64,000 nt of DNA, from NCBI GenBank assembly GCA_965112155.1, contig OZ218103.1, one strand, 5' to 3'. This stretch comes from Podarcis liolepis (Eukaryota). Positions within the stretch are counted from its first letter, which is position 1; each line of letters opens with the position of its first letter. The position numbers and the translations under genes are program-made. The notes beneath the pieces were generated by a model, which was not told the DNA's origin, made no database searches, and saw only the letters and a list, made by a program, of their open reading frames with translations. Below are positions 11,767 to 24,550 of the stretch, in pieces.

Positions 11767-12338
11767 CAGGCCGTCTTTAGCATATGGCCACCGGGGTGCA
11801 ACGCTTACGCCTTATCTCTCATTTATGAAAGAAGGAAGGGAAAAGGAACAAACTTTTTTATTTGCTCATTTATTTACAATACACTTATACTTAAGTATAT
11901 GGCATGCTCTGTGGTGGTGCTAAGAGGAGGATGTCTTGAGAAACCCAAAGCTGCTGTTGCTGCTTCCTCCTCCTTTCCATCGCCCACCATCTCCCACACA
12001 TGCAGCCAGCCAGCCAGCCAGGCCTTGCACTCTCTCCACAGCCGTGTCAAGTTGTTGCTATGGCTATGACCATCATTCCGGCACCAAGCGAGCACCACAC
12101 AATGCGCCAGGCAATGGCTGCTTGGCGGGGAGCGGGGCGGTGATCAGAGGTGCCAAAGGCCACCTCGTCGTCCGCTCACTCGCTCGCTTGCTCCTCTGTC
12201 CTCTCGCCTGCTGCCTTCGCCAACGCATCCCGTGCGAAACAGAGCTTAGGTGGCTTCAGTGGCGGGTGCCTGGTGCCCCCCAGAATTGGACACCCGGGTG
12301 CCCCACACCCCTTGCACCCCCGGCTAAAGACGGCCCTG
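11767..12338. mobile_element. Non-autonomous hAT (Tip100-like) element, 572 bp, with GC-rich interior
   Basis: TIRs CAGGCCGTCTTTAGC / GCTAAAGACGGCCCTG; perfect 8-bp TSD CATATATT (11759-11766, 12339-12346). Confidence 0.9.
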
Positions 12339-15300
12339 CATATATTGGTGAAAACCACATGCAGAGATAAGTGTAGTAGGCAAAATTGCATACACGCCTT
12401 GACACTAAAATACTGATGAATCATCATAAGGGCTTTCTTTTTAAATTGAGAACTGTTGTGGTACCATGCAGAGCCGAACTTAAGTTTGGAAAAATAAGAA
12501 AACTGACAGATTCACCCATCCCTAGTCCGGCAGTGCCCTGAGCTACTACAGTCAGGCGTTCATGTGGAACCGCCGTTTTAATTCTGCCGCCAGCTGATCT
12601 TGGAAGAGCAGTACCTCACAGAAAGACTTTAGTGAGAAAGGATGAGACCCCAAGTCCTGGGGAAATTCTGGACAAGTTAGGCAAAATTAAAGCAGCCCAT
12701 TTATTCTATAAGCCATGGATGGTTAAAAAACACACACACCAGAAAGGCATTTTTCCTTGCTGCATTATGGAAAGGGAATTGTGCAGTCCCATTTGGTAAA
12801 TGTTGAATGCGAACATGCCAGTCAAACTGCAGAGCACCCTGGATGTATCAAAGGCAGCAAGAGAGATTTCACAGGCAGCCTCCCGCTCTCCCATTCTTTA
12901 CCCGCCGGCTTTGAATGTTCCAACAGCATCACCAGCCGAAGAGCAAGTTAGGTGCTCTGATGAAAAGTAAATAGCAATGAGATGGCCTGGCCATCCAAGC
13001 AGAAAGAAGAGTTGTGTAATTTGAATCATTTATGGCCGGGAGGCATACAAAAGTAAACGTAATGCGGGATGAGAGGAGGCACAGCAAGAAGAAGTGCTTT
13101 GAAACATGCAAAGCCAAATTTCAAGCATTTGGAGGAACCTGAAATGGCTGACTTCAAAGCTTTTAAAGCTAGCATTAAGGGCTATTTTGGGAAAGGCTTC
13201 TTTTGTGGTGACTATTGGGCACAATTATTGTTGAATTCAGATTCCTTTTTAGAGACGCAGGGGTTTCTGATTACTATCTCATGCTTGATCTCTTTTCTGG
13301 CTTTCTCAAGAAGACCTGTGTTGTGCCCATGAAAAGGGTAATACAAAAGGCGCACTGAAGGATTGTAATAAAGATACAGACCCAGGCCCACTCATCTCAC
13401 ACAAATGTGTGAAGCTGCATAACATTTGCATATATTCCCCTAAACTGTGTCTTCTACCACTGTTTGTCCCTTTAGAAAGAATTTAGGATACAGAAACAAA
13501 ATCAGAGAAGAAAATCAGTGGAATGTTGGTTTGTGTACATCTGTGGGGCAGGGGGAGAGAATGTAAGTTGAGTGTTTAATGTGCATAACAACCAGCCATT
13601 GTGCACATTCACCTGGCCTCATGGAAAATGTGTACCCGATCCTTCCATGAAGAGGGAATTGTGTACATTTCCTGGTTAATATCCACAATCTCCAACAGGC
13701 CTTGGGAAATGTGCATATATCAATTTGATTCTGTACATTCTCTGACCATTGTGCATAATCCCCTACAGTCAGTATGCACAGTCTCCAAGCAACATACCTC
13801 TTTTCTATGGCTACACCCTCCCACTGATTAGCCCACAGCCATAACAAAGGTAATGGCTCCAAATACAGATCCTCTCTACAGTCCTGTCCCCTTCTCACCA
13901 CTCTCAGCTGTTCCCCAGTCACCTGAGCAGTACTAGGGGAACTGCTGGAAGAGGAATATTTTAAACCATCCCTCCCACAAGTCAAATAGATTCCCTCCTC
14001 ACCCTGGCTGTTAATAAGCTTAGAAAGAGCTTAATAGCAGGAAGGGGCCAATCACCATAGCAATTGCAGAGGAGAGAAGATTTAACCTGCTGAAAACAAC
14101 AACAACACCATAATACAGATAAAATATGTGAATAAAATATGAAAATCGTAAGACCTATGCAGCACCTAAACATGTTGCAAACCAATTTCAAACATTTTAA
14201 TGAAAGATTATATTCTTCTGATCATCCCTCAAGGACTGACATTCAGAATTTATTTGCAGAAACTTGAACTCCCCTATCTCCAAGTGAGTGGGAAAGGAAT
14301 CCTGTTGTTTTGTGAGCAAGTGGTCTGAAAACTGCAGGAAAGAAAGAGGCGCCCCAGGCGAGAACTTGCTGAACTGCAGACAAACAGGTAAAATAAGTTT
14401 TGTGCTAGGTACCTTTTAAGTTGATTTGGGGGGGAGAACCAAAAGGAATTCACTTTCTGGGTAATATCATTTCCCCCAATTAAAAATTTGACCTGTCAGT
14501 CACAACAGAGCTTTTCCTTGGTACTCCCCGCTCTCTCTACTTTTCCACATCACCCCATTCTAGCATAATTTCTTATATGATAAACTTAGACATACTTAGT
14601 TTCACTTTTGATAGATGCTTTCTGCAGCTTGTTGTTGTTTAATGACTGGATTGCTAAGGTGCCCCAAAACACTTCAGGGATCTCTACTTTAATTCTTGCT
14701 GCCATCTACAGATCTCATGTCACCTCTGGCAAACCCAAAATCTGACTAAGGCCCTCACTTCAATTTTGGATTCTGGATTCCTCCAAATCTACCGCAGGGA
14801 ATTCCATCTTCCAGACATCTAATAAAGGTGCAGGACCCCAGCCCTCTTTTTCATTTGGACACTTCCAAAAACCTTTGGTACTTTCACACCTCGAGTGCTT
14901 TTTATATATCAGATCCATGTAGTTTTGTACTTCCTCTCATTATAATTTGAGAGAAAATATTTGTTGAGTAGATAAGTAGACAAGAGGACTTGCAGCTACG
15001 GAATGTCCAAGAACCAGTTTGAAAAATCATCAGATGCAATATTTACAGAAGCTTAAATTATTCCACTAGAAGATGCTGGAAATAAATATTTCTTTATTTA
15101 TTCTTTAGAAAATGGCGCTTCTGATTCCCTGCTTTTGATGGATCATCTTATGTGCAAATCTCACGTGTAGCATACATCTGAATTGACCATAAGAGCTCAG
15201 GTCAGTTCTCTGTTATCAAAGGTATTAAGAAGTGTTGATGTAAAGAGAAATGAAGGCAAAGATTAACTCCCTATCTAGAATTCTGATACCTTTAATCTAT

Positions 15301-15645
15301 AACATCAGCGAAAAAAGAGATTAGGCAGAGAGAAAAGCTAAACTTGTAAATCCAAGAGATTTGCAAAGGATGGAGAGGGTGGCATAGTTTGCTCGGATGC
15401 TGATGGGGATTTGAAAACCTAAAGCATTTATTTTCAATTAAAATAATAAAAAAAACCAATCCCCAATCTATTAGACATCCTAGACTGATAGAAAGTGCCA
15501 AGAACTTTGATTAGTTTTTCCCCCATTAAAAATTGCACAGTTTGATGCAATGAGCAACATCATTTTCTCAGAGGAGCTTGAACTGTAAGGGGCCAGAAAC
15601 ACCAACTGCTGTTGAAGGATCTGAGGCTGTTGTGTTGCTAGATTC

Positions 15646-15646
15646 A

Positions 15647-15670
<24 letters not shown>
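15646..15670. repeat. (TG)n microsatellite
   Basis: About 12 TG units. Confidence 0.95.
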
Positions 15671-15680
<10 letters not shown>

Positions 15681-16614
15681 TTCTGCACAAAATATCCACT
15701 GAATAAAAAAAAACATTAATTGATTTTAGTCTTCAAATGGATGATAACAGAGAGGCCATGCATATATTCCCTATATTACTAGTGCAATCCCATATATCTC
15801 TACATGGAAGTAAGTCCTAAAGAGATCACTGGGGTTACTTCCATGTATAGGAGTGAATTCTTAATACCTCGTCAGCTTGAATCTTTTGGGGCTTCCTATT
15901 TTTGCACTACTATCCAACATAAATGAAGTGGCGCTCTGACAAGGTACTGCTTTAATGAGGGCAAAGTTGCTTTCAAAGGGACAATGGGCAGCGATTCTTT
16001 ACTCTGAAAGAAGGCGTTCATGTGGGAGGAATGTAGTTCAAGACATAAATCACTACTGTTGGTCTTGCCAGTTATGTAATGAGTTCAGAGTGGGGGAAAT
16101 GCCTTACACCCCTGATAAAAGGAAAGGCACTTTTTAGTCTAGTCGACAAAAAGAAACCCATTTGGCTTGGTACCAGCTGCAGCAAAACCATTTGGTTGAC
16201 ATTAATCATATTTGCCCAGTACACTCAAAGACAACATGAACGTGAGAGCTTAATGTTTTGACTGCCGTTTATTTTCAAGTGCACATGGTATCCCTTTTAT
16301 TGCCACAATTCCCAAAGAGTGAGGCATGCCTCCCTAAAGAGGTTCAGACTATTGATTAGGGAATTTCAAGATTCTTGCTGACCCCTCTCTCAGCGAGTCT
16401 CTTGTGCCAGATCCATACATGCAGTCAACATCCAGAAAGGGGCTAAAACTCCCTGTATTTAACAACAGTCAATGCACACTGGCCTCAGCTCAAAAGGGGG
16501 ATAAGCAATTTTACCCCAGGGAACAGCAATCACCCAAAGAATCTCATGTACCTCTGGGGTATTAGAAATGGAGAAAAGAAAATGTTACAACGTGTCCCCA
16601 GCTGCTAACACAAA

Positions 16615-16748
16615 GAGGGAGAATCTGCAGCCCTCCAGATGTTGTGGAAGTACAATTCCCATCACCCCAACCAATGGCCATACTCACTTGGGCTAATAGG
16701 AGCTGGAGTCCAACATTATCTGGAAGGTCACAGGTTCCCCACTGATGC
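16615..16748. mobile_element. Degenerate palindromic hAT MITE, same group as 5039
   Basis: CCTCCAGATGTTG...TACAATTCCCATC...GAGTCCAACATTATCTGGAAGGTCACAGGTTCCCC; further decayed relatives at about 22480-22610 and 28700-28800. Confidence 0.65.
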
Positions 16749-16965
16749 CTTAACTCCATCTTCCCTCTCCACCTTGCTTTCCCCATCCTTAAGACTTAGG
16801 TTAGATGTAATACTCACTTTTCTGTGAAAATGATATGGCTTACAATTAAAAATAATAACCCCCCTTAAATTACACATTCAATATAACCTCAGTATAAATA
16901 ATATGTTCCAGCTGCTGCTTCTCTTACAGAATAGTTTCTGGGACTCAGATTCAGATGCCCTAAGG

Positions 16966-17101
16966 CAGTGATGGCCAAACCTGGCCCTCTAGCTGTTTTG
17001 GGACTACAGTTCCCATCATCCCTGACCACTGGTCCTGTTAGCTCGGGATAATGGGAGTTGTAGTCCCAAAACAGCTGGAGGACCAAGTTTGGCCATCACT
17101 G
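16966..17101. mobile_element. Palindromic hAT MITE, 136 bp
   Basis: TIRs CAGTGATGGCCAAAC / GTTTGGCCATCACTG; perfect 8-bp TSD CCCTAAGG (16958-16965, 17102-17109). Confidence 0.92.
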
Positions 17102-18778
17102 CCCTAAGGGAACATCCCAAAGGGTCTCTTTCCCTTTGGCAGCCCCCTGAAGGCAATGACTTCCCAGGCAGCCATTATTCATATATATGGACTCCTTTGG
17201 GCTGCTGTGGTCTCTAGTGACATCAGTTCCAATGATATTTCCCATCTGTATTCTTACTGATTTTTGTATTTTTGAAGTTTAAAAATGGTGGTCAACTGTA
17301 TTTGCAAAAATGGACCAAATGATCTCACAACTGAGAATGAAAAAAGAAGAGGCTGTTTAGGAAACATGGGTGGCGTATCTAAAAAGGTAAGTATTATATT
17401 CGTCAATGTTATGTAGGGCCAGTTTCCTCTCTCTGTCTTTCTGCCAAATTCTTCTTTGTTCCTGCGAGTCTTTTGCTCTGAAGGCAAAGCCAAAGCATGC
17501 TGAACAGTTCTTTTCAAGACCTTCCATCAACCATCCTCACTGCAGTCATGCTGATTTGTCAATGTGGGAGGCCTGGTGCCAGCATCTGCTCAGACTTTTA
17601 CAGCATGTTCTAAAATGCCTAAGAACCGGATGGCTTTAAGTCCTCTGCTTGTCGGCATTAATCAAGCGAAAAAGCAAGTGACAAGCAGATTTCGCTGATT
17701 TAATGAATAATTCCAGCTCATTTGGTCCATCTAATTCAAACTATTACAATGGAATCCGAACTGACTGCTGACTGTCCCTGCTTATCTTTGTCAATATCTC
17801 CAGATACAGGTCAATGCAGGTAATCAGGATTCAAGGGAGTTCAAAACACTATGGTGTCTTTCATATTCCCTGTCTATGTGCATGTATTATATTTCACTTA
17901 CTAAGCACCTTTTGCCCTTGTCATTATGAAGTACGAAGCAGCTATTTGCAAAACAAAACTTTCATCTACGTTGTTGTTTATAAAATTATTCTTTTGTCAC
18001 TTTCTACCACCTTTGAGAGAGCTCAGATTAGTGAAGGAAATGCATTCCCAATGAACTAGTTAATAAGCAAAAAAAGAGAGGACATATTGATCTAGTTTGA
18101 AATGACTTTGTGATTGATCCTGATCAATGCGGTTATTTCCTGATAGGTAGGAAATGATTAGCACAAGCCTTTGAAAGCAATATAGAGAGAGACTTCTGAT
18201 GCTGCACACTTTTTGAAAAAAAGAAGAAGAAAACAAACAAACATCAAACTTCAAGGATAGGAAAAGAAAATTTATAGGCACAGGCATGGAACTTAATTTG
18301 TCAATGAACAGGCACTTTGAGGCTATCAATCTTTTCCAACGTCAAAAGAAAAATATGTGCGTCCCTGAAAAATTAAAGCCTTTGGACAATGCAGCACAGA
18401 CTGCGGGAACTGACACTGGAATCTCAGAATACAGTTCACATAATATATTCTCAGAGTCTTCAACAAAAGATGTGCCGGAGAAATGTTTTTACAAGAAATG
18501 GCCTCAATGGTGAATGGTTGCCACTTTTTGCACATAACAACTTTTCAGTGCCAAGAGGGAATACAGTATACTGCCTTGAGACACGACTGGGTCATTATTC
18601 ATGTTTCCACCCTGAAATACAAAGTGTGGGGTGGGAAGTCTTAAACTGATTATTTGTGCCAGAAGGGTGCTGAACCCTCTCCCCTCCCATGCGGAAGTGG
18701 CTCACCAGTGCAGCACTCCTGCCAATGCATTTACATTGTACCATTCTTACATTGTAGGGGGTTGGACTCAGTGACCCA

Positions 18779-19342
18779 ATCTCCCACTTGGACTACTACA
18801 ATGTGCTCTACGTGCGGCTACCTTTGAAGGTGACCCAGAAACTACAACAAATCCAGAATGTGGCAGCTAGAGTAGTGACTGAGGGCGGCTGCCGAGACCA
18901 CATAACACTGGTCCTGAAAAATCTACATTGGCTCTCAGTACATTTCCGAGCACAATTCAAAGTGTTGGTGCTGACCTTTAAACCCCTAAACGGCCTCGGC
19001 CCAGCATACCTGTAGGAGCATCTCCACCCCCATTGTTCTGCCCAGACACTGAGGTCCAGCGCCGAGGGTTCCTTCTGGTGGTTCCCTCACTGCGAAAAGC
19101 AAATCTACAGGAAACCAGGCAGAGGGCCTTCTCGGTAGTGGCGCCCACCCTGTGGAATGCCCTCCCATCAGATGTCAAAGAGATAAACAACATTTAGAAG
19201 ACATCTGAAGGCAGCCCTGTTTAGGGAAGTTTTTAATGTGTGACATTTTAATGTATTTTTAATCTTTGTTGGAAGCCGCCCAGAGTGGCTGGGGAGACCC
19301 AGCCAGATGGGCGGGGTACAAATAGTAGATGATGATGATGAT
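18779..19342 (+). mobile_element. 5'-truncated L2-clade LINE (ORF2 C-terminus and 3' UTR), inserted into a CR1 tail
   Basis: Translates LDYYNVLYVRLPLKVTQKLQQIQNVAAR...HITLVLKNLHWL...FKVLVLTFK (L2 LDYCN...LHWLP motif); short-repeat tail. CR1 tail halves GGGGTTGGACTCAGTGACCC (18757-18778) and TTCCAACTCTACAATTCTATGA (19343-19364) flank it. Confidence 0.85.
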
Positions 19343-22300
19343 TTCCAACTCTACAATTCTATGAGCCTCCTTGTCTCCTCTTTCCTTTCCCTGCTGGTAA
19401 ACAACAGTTACCCACCAGCCATGAAGATGGAGTAGCAGCTCTGCCCCTACTTCTTCTTTTCTTTACCTACGGGCATTTGGTTGTTCTGGGTCCAGGGAGC
19501 GGGTGGGTTCTGCCACCCAGGAACCTCATCAGTTTTGGGTGGTGTCAGCAAGAAGTGGGGGGGGGGGTGGATGTAGATACAGTGCTTGATGCTATGTGTT
19601 TTCTAGTTGTATTTTTATTGCTTCTTTTGTTTCTTATACTGTGTTTTATTGTATTATAATTTGAATTCCATAGGATTCAGGTCCTCAATTGAAATCCGCA
19701 GTAATTAAGAGTAAATGCTGACAAGTTTTTCATGTGGGCTTTTAAAAGAAAATTATAATCGCAAACTGAAATATGTTGGGCTTAAGATCGGAAAAATGAG
19801 AAACTGAGAGAAACAAAAAATGACGGATTGGCCCATCCCTAGGCCCATGACACAATTTTTTTCGTAACATTTGTATTTCTATAATGGCCTGTCTTTTCGC
19901 TTGGAGTCTTTATCCTTTTGTTTTGGATTTCTGGGAGAGATACCTGCAGTCCAGGTATCCCTTTTTAAATTTCTCCAACAATAACATTGGATTGCTACAC
20001 TCCCAATGAGTCTTGTGAATACTGACTGTATTTGCCTGGTTGATTTCCATTCTGGACATGGGACAAATAAGCGAACATTGGCAGTTTCTGATCCCATTTC
20101 TGTTTCTGTCAAAATTCTCTGAAGTTCCCACCTGTGAGAGATGTTGGTTTTATAATTTAAGAATTAAAAGGGGAGAGAAAAGGGCATGAGATCAGAAGCC
20201 TGGTGGAAAAGACCACACAACATGGGGCCCTGGACTACTTCCTAACAATGCCATTGTAGTTATGTGAGGCTACAGTCTCTGTTTCTTATATTTTACACTT
20301 TTAAACGCTTTTAATCAATGATGAGTCTACTGCAGCTTCATTTGCATCAATACTTCCCAAGATTATCAAAAGGCTGTTGCACCATAGAGGGTGTAATAAA
20401 GCTAAGTCCTGCACAAATGGGAAGCGAATGCAGAGAAATGGGCTTGTGTTTTATGTCTAGATGCACAAGGTGTGATATGTGTTCTTAACTATGGTTAGCA
20501 CAAGCCATGGATTGGTGTAATGTCTGATTTAGGTCAGTAGATGTGAGAATGCCTGTTATATGAGTTTCCCCATTACTTAGTGGCCATACCTCAAATGCTG
20601 GTTCTATCTGAGTGGCAGAAGAAGCAGGGCTTTTTCATTGATGGCCCCCATTTTGTAGAACTTCCTCCACAAAGAAGCATGATTGGCCCACATGATTATG
20701 TCCCTTACACAACTAGCGAAGATCTATTTCACCCTTGTAAGGCTATGGAAATGAACTGCTGTCTAGACTAGGCTGCTATATATTTCAAATGCTGTTGTTT
20801 GTTTGTTTAATTCAGTACATTAATTTTTTATTGATGTGAGTTTTTATTGCACTTGTTTTTATGTAAGCTGCCCTCAGGACTTTTTAAAGCCATGGTGGTG
20901 GGATATAAATTTTAAAAATAAAAATAACGTGTTTTGGCGTGAGGCAAATATAACATCCAGCAACAGCCTTAGGCATACACTGAATAACTGGAAAGCAGTT
21001 AGAGCAGATGCCAGCTGATTTAATATCAGCTGAAAGTTTTCTTTCTTTTGTTAGGGCAGTGGGGAGAGGTTAATGGTACAAGTTTTGTGAGTCTGAGCTA
21101 ACTGGCAAGTAATATTCCTTCAAGAGTTGCCTCCCCCTCCCTAAACCCCCCAAATTATCCTGCTTCTCACTCCTAGGAAGGCTCCCCTTTCAAGAGATAA
21201 TGATGATGATCGAAACCACACCGACTGTACAGAGGGAAGCTGTCAGGAAGAAACCTCCCCTTCTTCGCCAGATCTCCATGCAAGCGCTCACGAAGGACAG
21301 GGCTGTCTGAGCAATCGTACATCCCGTAGATATGTTTTGCCACATAAATCTGATTAGGGCGCTCTTGGAGAGAGACAGATGGCAGTTTCGACGTTAGGTG
21401 AAGATGGCTTAATCTCCATCTGCGCTGACATTTCCTGATGCCTCCCTGCTCATCTCCAAGCACCCTGCTCATCTCAAACGTAATTTTTCTCTCACTGATG
21501 CTAGTCCAAGGTTCTGATGTTTGGGGGCAGATTTTGTAAGGAGATATTGGGTTGTATCGAATGGTGGCTTTGCACTAGCAAAAAGCATTTATGCTCAAGC
21601 AAGGCAGAGCATCCATTTTTTCCTGATCCCCCCACCTTTGCACAACATCTCACGCTGTTCCAGACGGTTCCACCTAACCTTCTAAGCAGTTTTTCAGGGA
21701 CATGGGGGAAAGCAGTGGATAGGGGGGGTAGGCAAAAACAGGATATCCAATCTTGTGAAAGTATGAATCCTTTCTTCTAATGCAAAGCCGCTTACTGTAT
21801 ATACTTAGCTAATTACAGTATATTGGAAGCTGGTGGGTTCTGGGACTGTGCTAAGAAGGGCAATAACTCGTACCCCTTGCTTCGAAAAACTGCTTTTAAT
21901 TCCACTCCTTTGTTTTAGGAGATGGGGCTATTTAACACCTGTACTGAGCTCAGCTTACCTATGAAATAGCTTTCTTAGCCATTTAGTTTAAAATGAAAAT
22001 TAGGGAAGTTTCAGAACGAATGGAGGAAAGAAGAAGTACCCTGAATTAAATTTTTAATTCTAGACAATTTTCATTAGAGAAAATCAGGGTTGGATCTATC
22101 ATCAGGTAGGATGAGGCAGCCTGCATCAGCCTGTAGATTTGGGAGTACCAGTAAAAGGCAGGAAACTGTCACAGGGAGTTTGTTACCTTTTTTTAAGCAC
22201 CCCTGAGGGTGGTTTCACCAAAATGTTTCTCATAAAAGGATGGGTCTATTATATCTACGAATTTCTGTTAAATCATTTATTAACTTCAGCAGACTAGGGA

Positions 22301-23570
22301 GTTCTTGGCCAACGTATATTGTAACTTGGTTGACAGTCTAATCCTATCTGCGTGCGTCAGCCAAGTAAGTGTGTTTAGAACTGCAATCTGACTCTCTTAT
22401 CAGTTATCATCAGTATCTTGTGCAACCAGTGATAGAGGATCTTGACTTGGTAATCCCATCAGATGAGTGCAAGAAAATCTTCCTAAATATGGTGCCTCCA
22501 GATGATTTCGACTAAAATTCCCATCAGCCCCACATAGCCTGGCCAACAGGAGAGATCACAAGAGATGTGGTCCAAAATTCCTGATGGATAACAGGTTGTG
22601 GAAGGTTGGCATATAGTATGTGAATTGGGGTACTTTTCATGGGAATAGTTTCCTAGTCTCTATTTACTTTGTGATTTGGACTTTTTATTTGTGTATTTCT
22701 GTGTGTGGCATACATATCTCTCTGTGTGTACAGTATGTTTTTCAGTTAAACTGAGAAAGCAACTTAAATTAAAAACAACAAGTTAAGATTAATGTTGGGC
22801 CCTGCTTCTCCAGATGCTCTAAGCTTACTTATAAATTGCGGAAATAAAATAAACAATAAGCCACTAAGAAAACAGACCTTTTTATACTAAGTTCTATGTT
22901 TTTGTTCTCCAGCTATGAGTTACACATCTTAGTTCCTGGGCAATTTTTATTCTAAGATAAAGATGACGCATAGGTTTTCTATAGCAAGAGCTTGGATGTC
23001 AGAGATGTGAGTCATCACAATGTTAGAAGATGGTAAGCTGCTCTTATTCATAACGATCCCCCCTCCCCCGAAGGGATCTTTTACAATTTCGGAGATTTGT
23101 CAGTCTCACTTACATAGTTTGGAGGCATTTTGGTAAGCTAGATTTAAAAAAAACATGGGGTTGAATAGACCTCTCTTGACATACATAAAATTCGCACAAA
23201 CAGAATATGATATATAAAAACAAAGTCCACAGTAATTGTTCCGGAAAGACAGTATTTCTGCAGCAGGTGTGTGCCCTGCAGGGAATAAAAAGAGGGTTCA
23301 CTTTAGGGATGGATGAATCTTTCAATTTCAATTTTTCATTTAGTATTTTCCAATCTAAATTTCACTTTGCCATAGTTTGTGAATAAATAAATAAAAGTTC
23401 TTCTGTAAATTCATCAGCATTTTAGCCTGCATTTCTCCTAGTCCAAAAATGATGTTGCCAGCATTCCACACATCAGCTTTGGTGAACACACACTTCAGGT
23501 GGTAGTTGATTTTTGTCTACCTGCGTTCCACCATAACCAGCAACTGCTCCATTGATGCTGAACTGGGCAA

Positions 23571-23823
23571 GAAGAAGAAGAAGAAGAGTTTGGATTTGAT
23601 ATCCCGCCTTTCACTCCTCTTCAGGAGTCTCAAAGCGGCTAACATTCTCCTTTCCCTTCCTCCCCCACAACAAACACTCTGTGAGGTGAGTGGGGCTGAG
23701 AGACTTCAGAGAAGTGTGACTGGCCCAAGGTCACCCAGCAGCTGCATGTGGAGGAGCGGAGACTCGAACCCGGTTCCCCAGATTACAAGACTACCGCTCT
23801 TAACCACTACACCACACTGGCTC
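23571..23823 (-). mobile_element. Squam3-type tRNA-derived SINE with (CTT)n tail
   Basis: Minus strand starts GAGCCAGTGTGGTGTAGTGGTTAAGAGC (A-box) with B-box GGTTCGAGTC; near-identical to the copies at 24266 and 58497. Confidence 0.9.
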
Positions 23824-23899
23824 GCATATTGGCAAGACAGCTATGGCAATGGCTTGCCTCTCCAAAGAGTATGGGAGGATGTGATGCTAACAACCAATA

Positions 23900-24149
23900 C
23901 AATTGTACCTCAGAAGCTGAACGGAATCCATTCCAGAAGTCCGTTCGACTTCCAAAGCATTTGGAAACCAAGACCCAGCTTCCGATTGGCTGCAGGAAGC
24001 TCCTGCAACCAATTGGAAGCCACGGAAGTCACGACGGATGTTCAGGTTCCAAATAACATTTGCAAACAGGAGCAATCACTTCTGGGTTTGTGGCATTCGG
24101 GAACCAAAATGTTCAACTCGCAAGGTGTTTGACTTCTGAAGTATGACTG
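23900..24149. mobile_element. Tigger/pogo-like MITE
   Basis: TA-flanked CAATTGTACCTCAGAAG...CTTCTGAAGTATGACTG; homologous to 38495 and 40795. Confidence 0.8.
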
Positions 24150-24265
24150 TATAAGATGAAGGTCTACCTGGCTTGCCTGTTGAGTATGCTGCTTAATGAA
24201 AGTGAGTTGAGGTCACCTTACAACTGAAAAGACTGATGCCTCCAGGAAGACTTTGGGCATCACAG

Positions 24266-24550
24266 GAAGAAGAAGAAGAAGAAGAAGAAGAAGAAGAAGA
24301 AGAAGAAGAAGAGTTTTGATTTGATATCCCGCTTTATCACTACCCGAAGGAGTCTCAAAGCGGCTAACATTCTCCTTTCCCTTCGTCCCCCACAGCAAAC
24401 ACTCTGTGAGGTGAGTGGGGCTGAGAGACTTCAAAGAAGTGTGACTAGCCCAAGGTCACCCAGCAGCTGCATGTGGAGGAGTGGAGACGCGAACCCAGTT
24501 CCCCAGATTACGAGACTACCGCTCTTAACCACTACACCACACTGGCTCTC
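24266..24550 (-). mobile_element. Squam3-type SINE with expanded (CTT)n tail
   Basis: Same family as 23571; about 15 GAA units on the + strand. Confidence 0.9.

Noticed and set aside
23750-23823. tRNA-like A/B boxes here and in other SINE heads
   Set aside because: They are SINE heads continuous with SINE bodies, not cloverleaf tRNA genes.
23506-24132. 208-aa ORF, and similar ORFs at 24321 and 58444
   Set aside because: Chimeric read-through of RTE fragment, antisense Squam3 SINE and MITE; the shared peptide simply reflects SINE copies.
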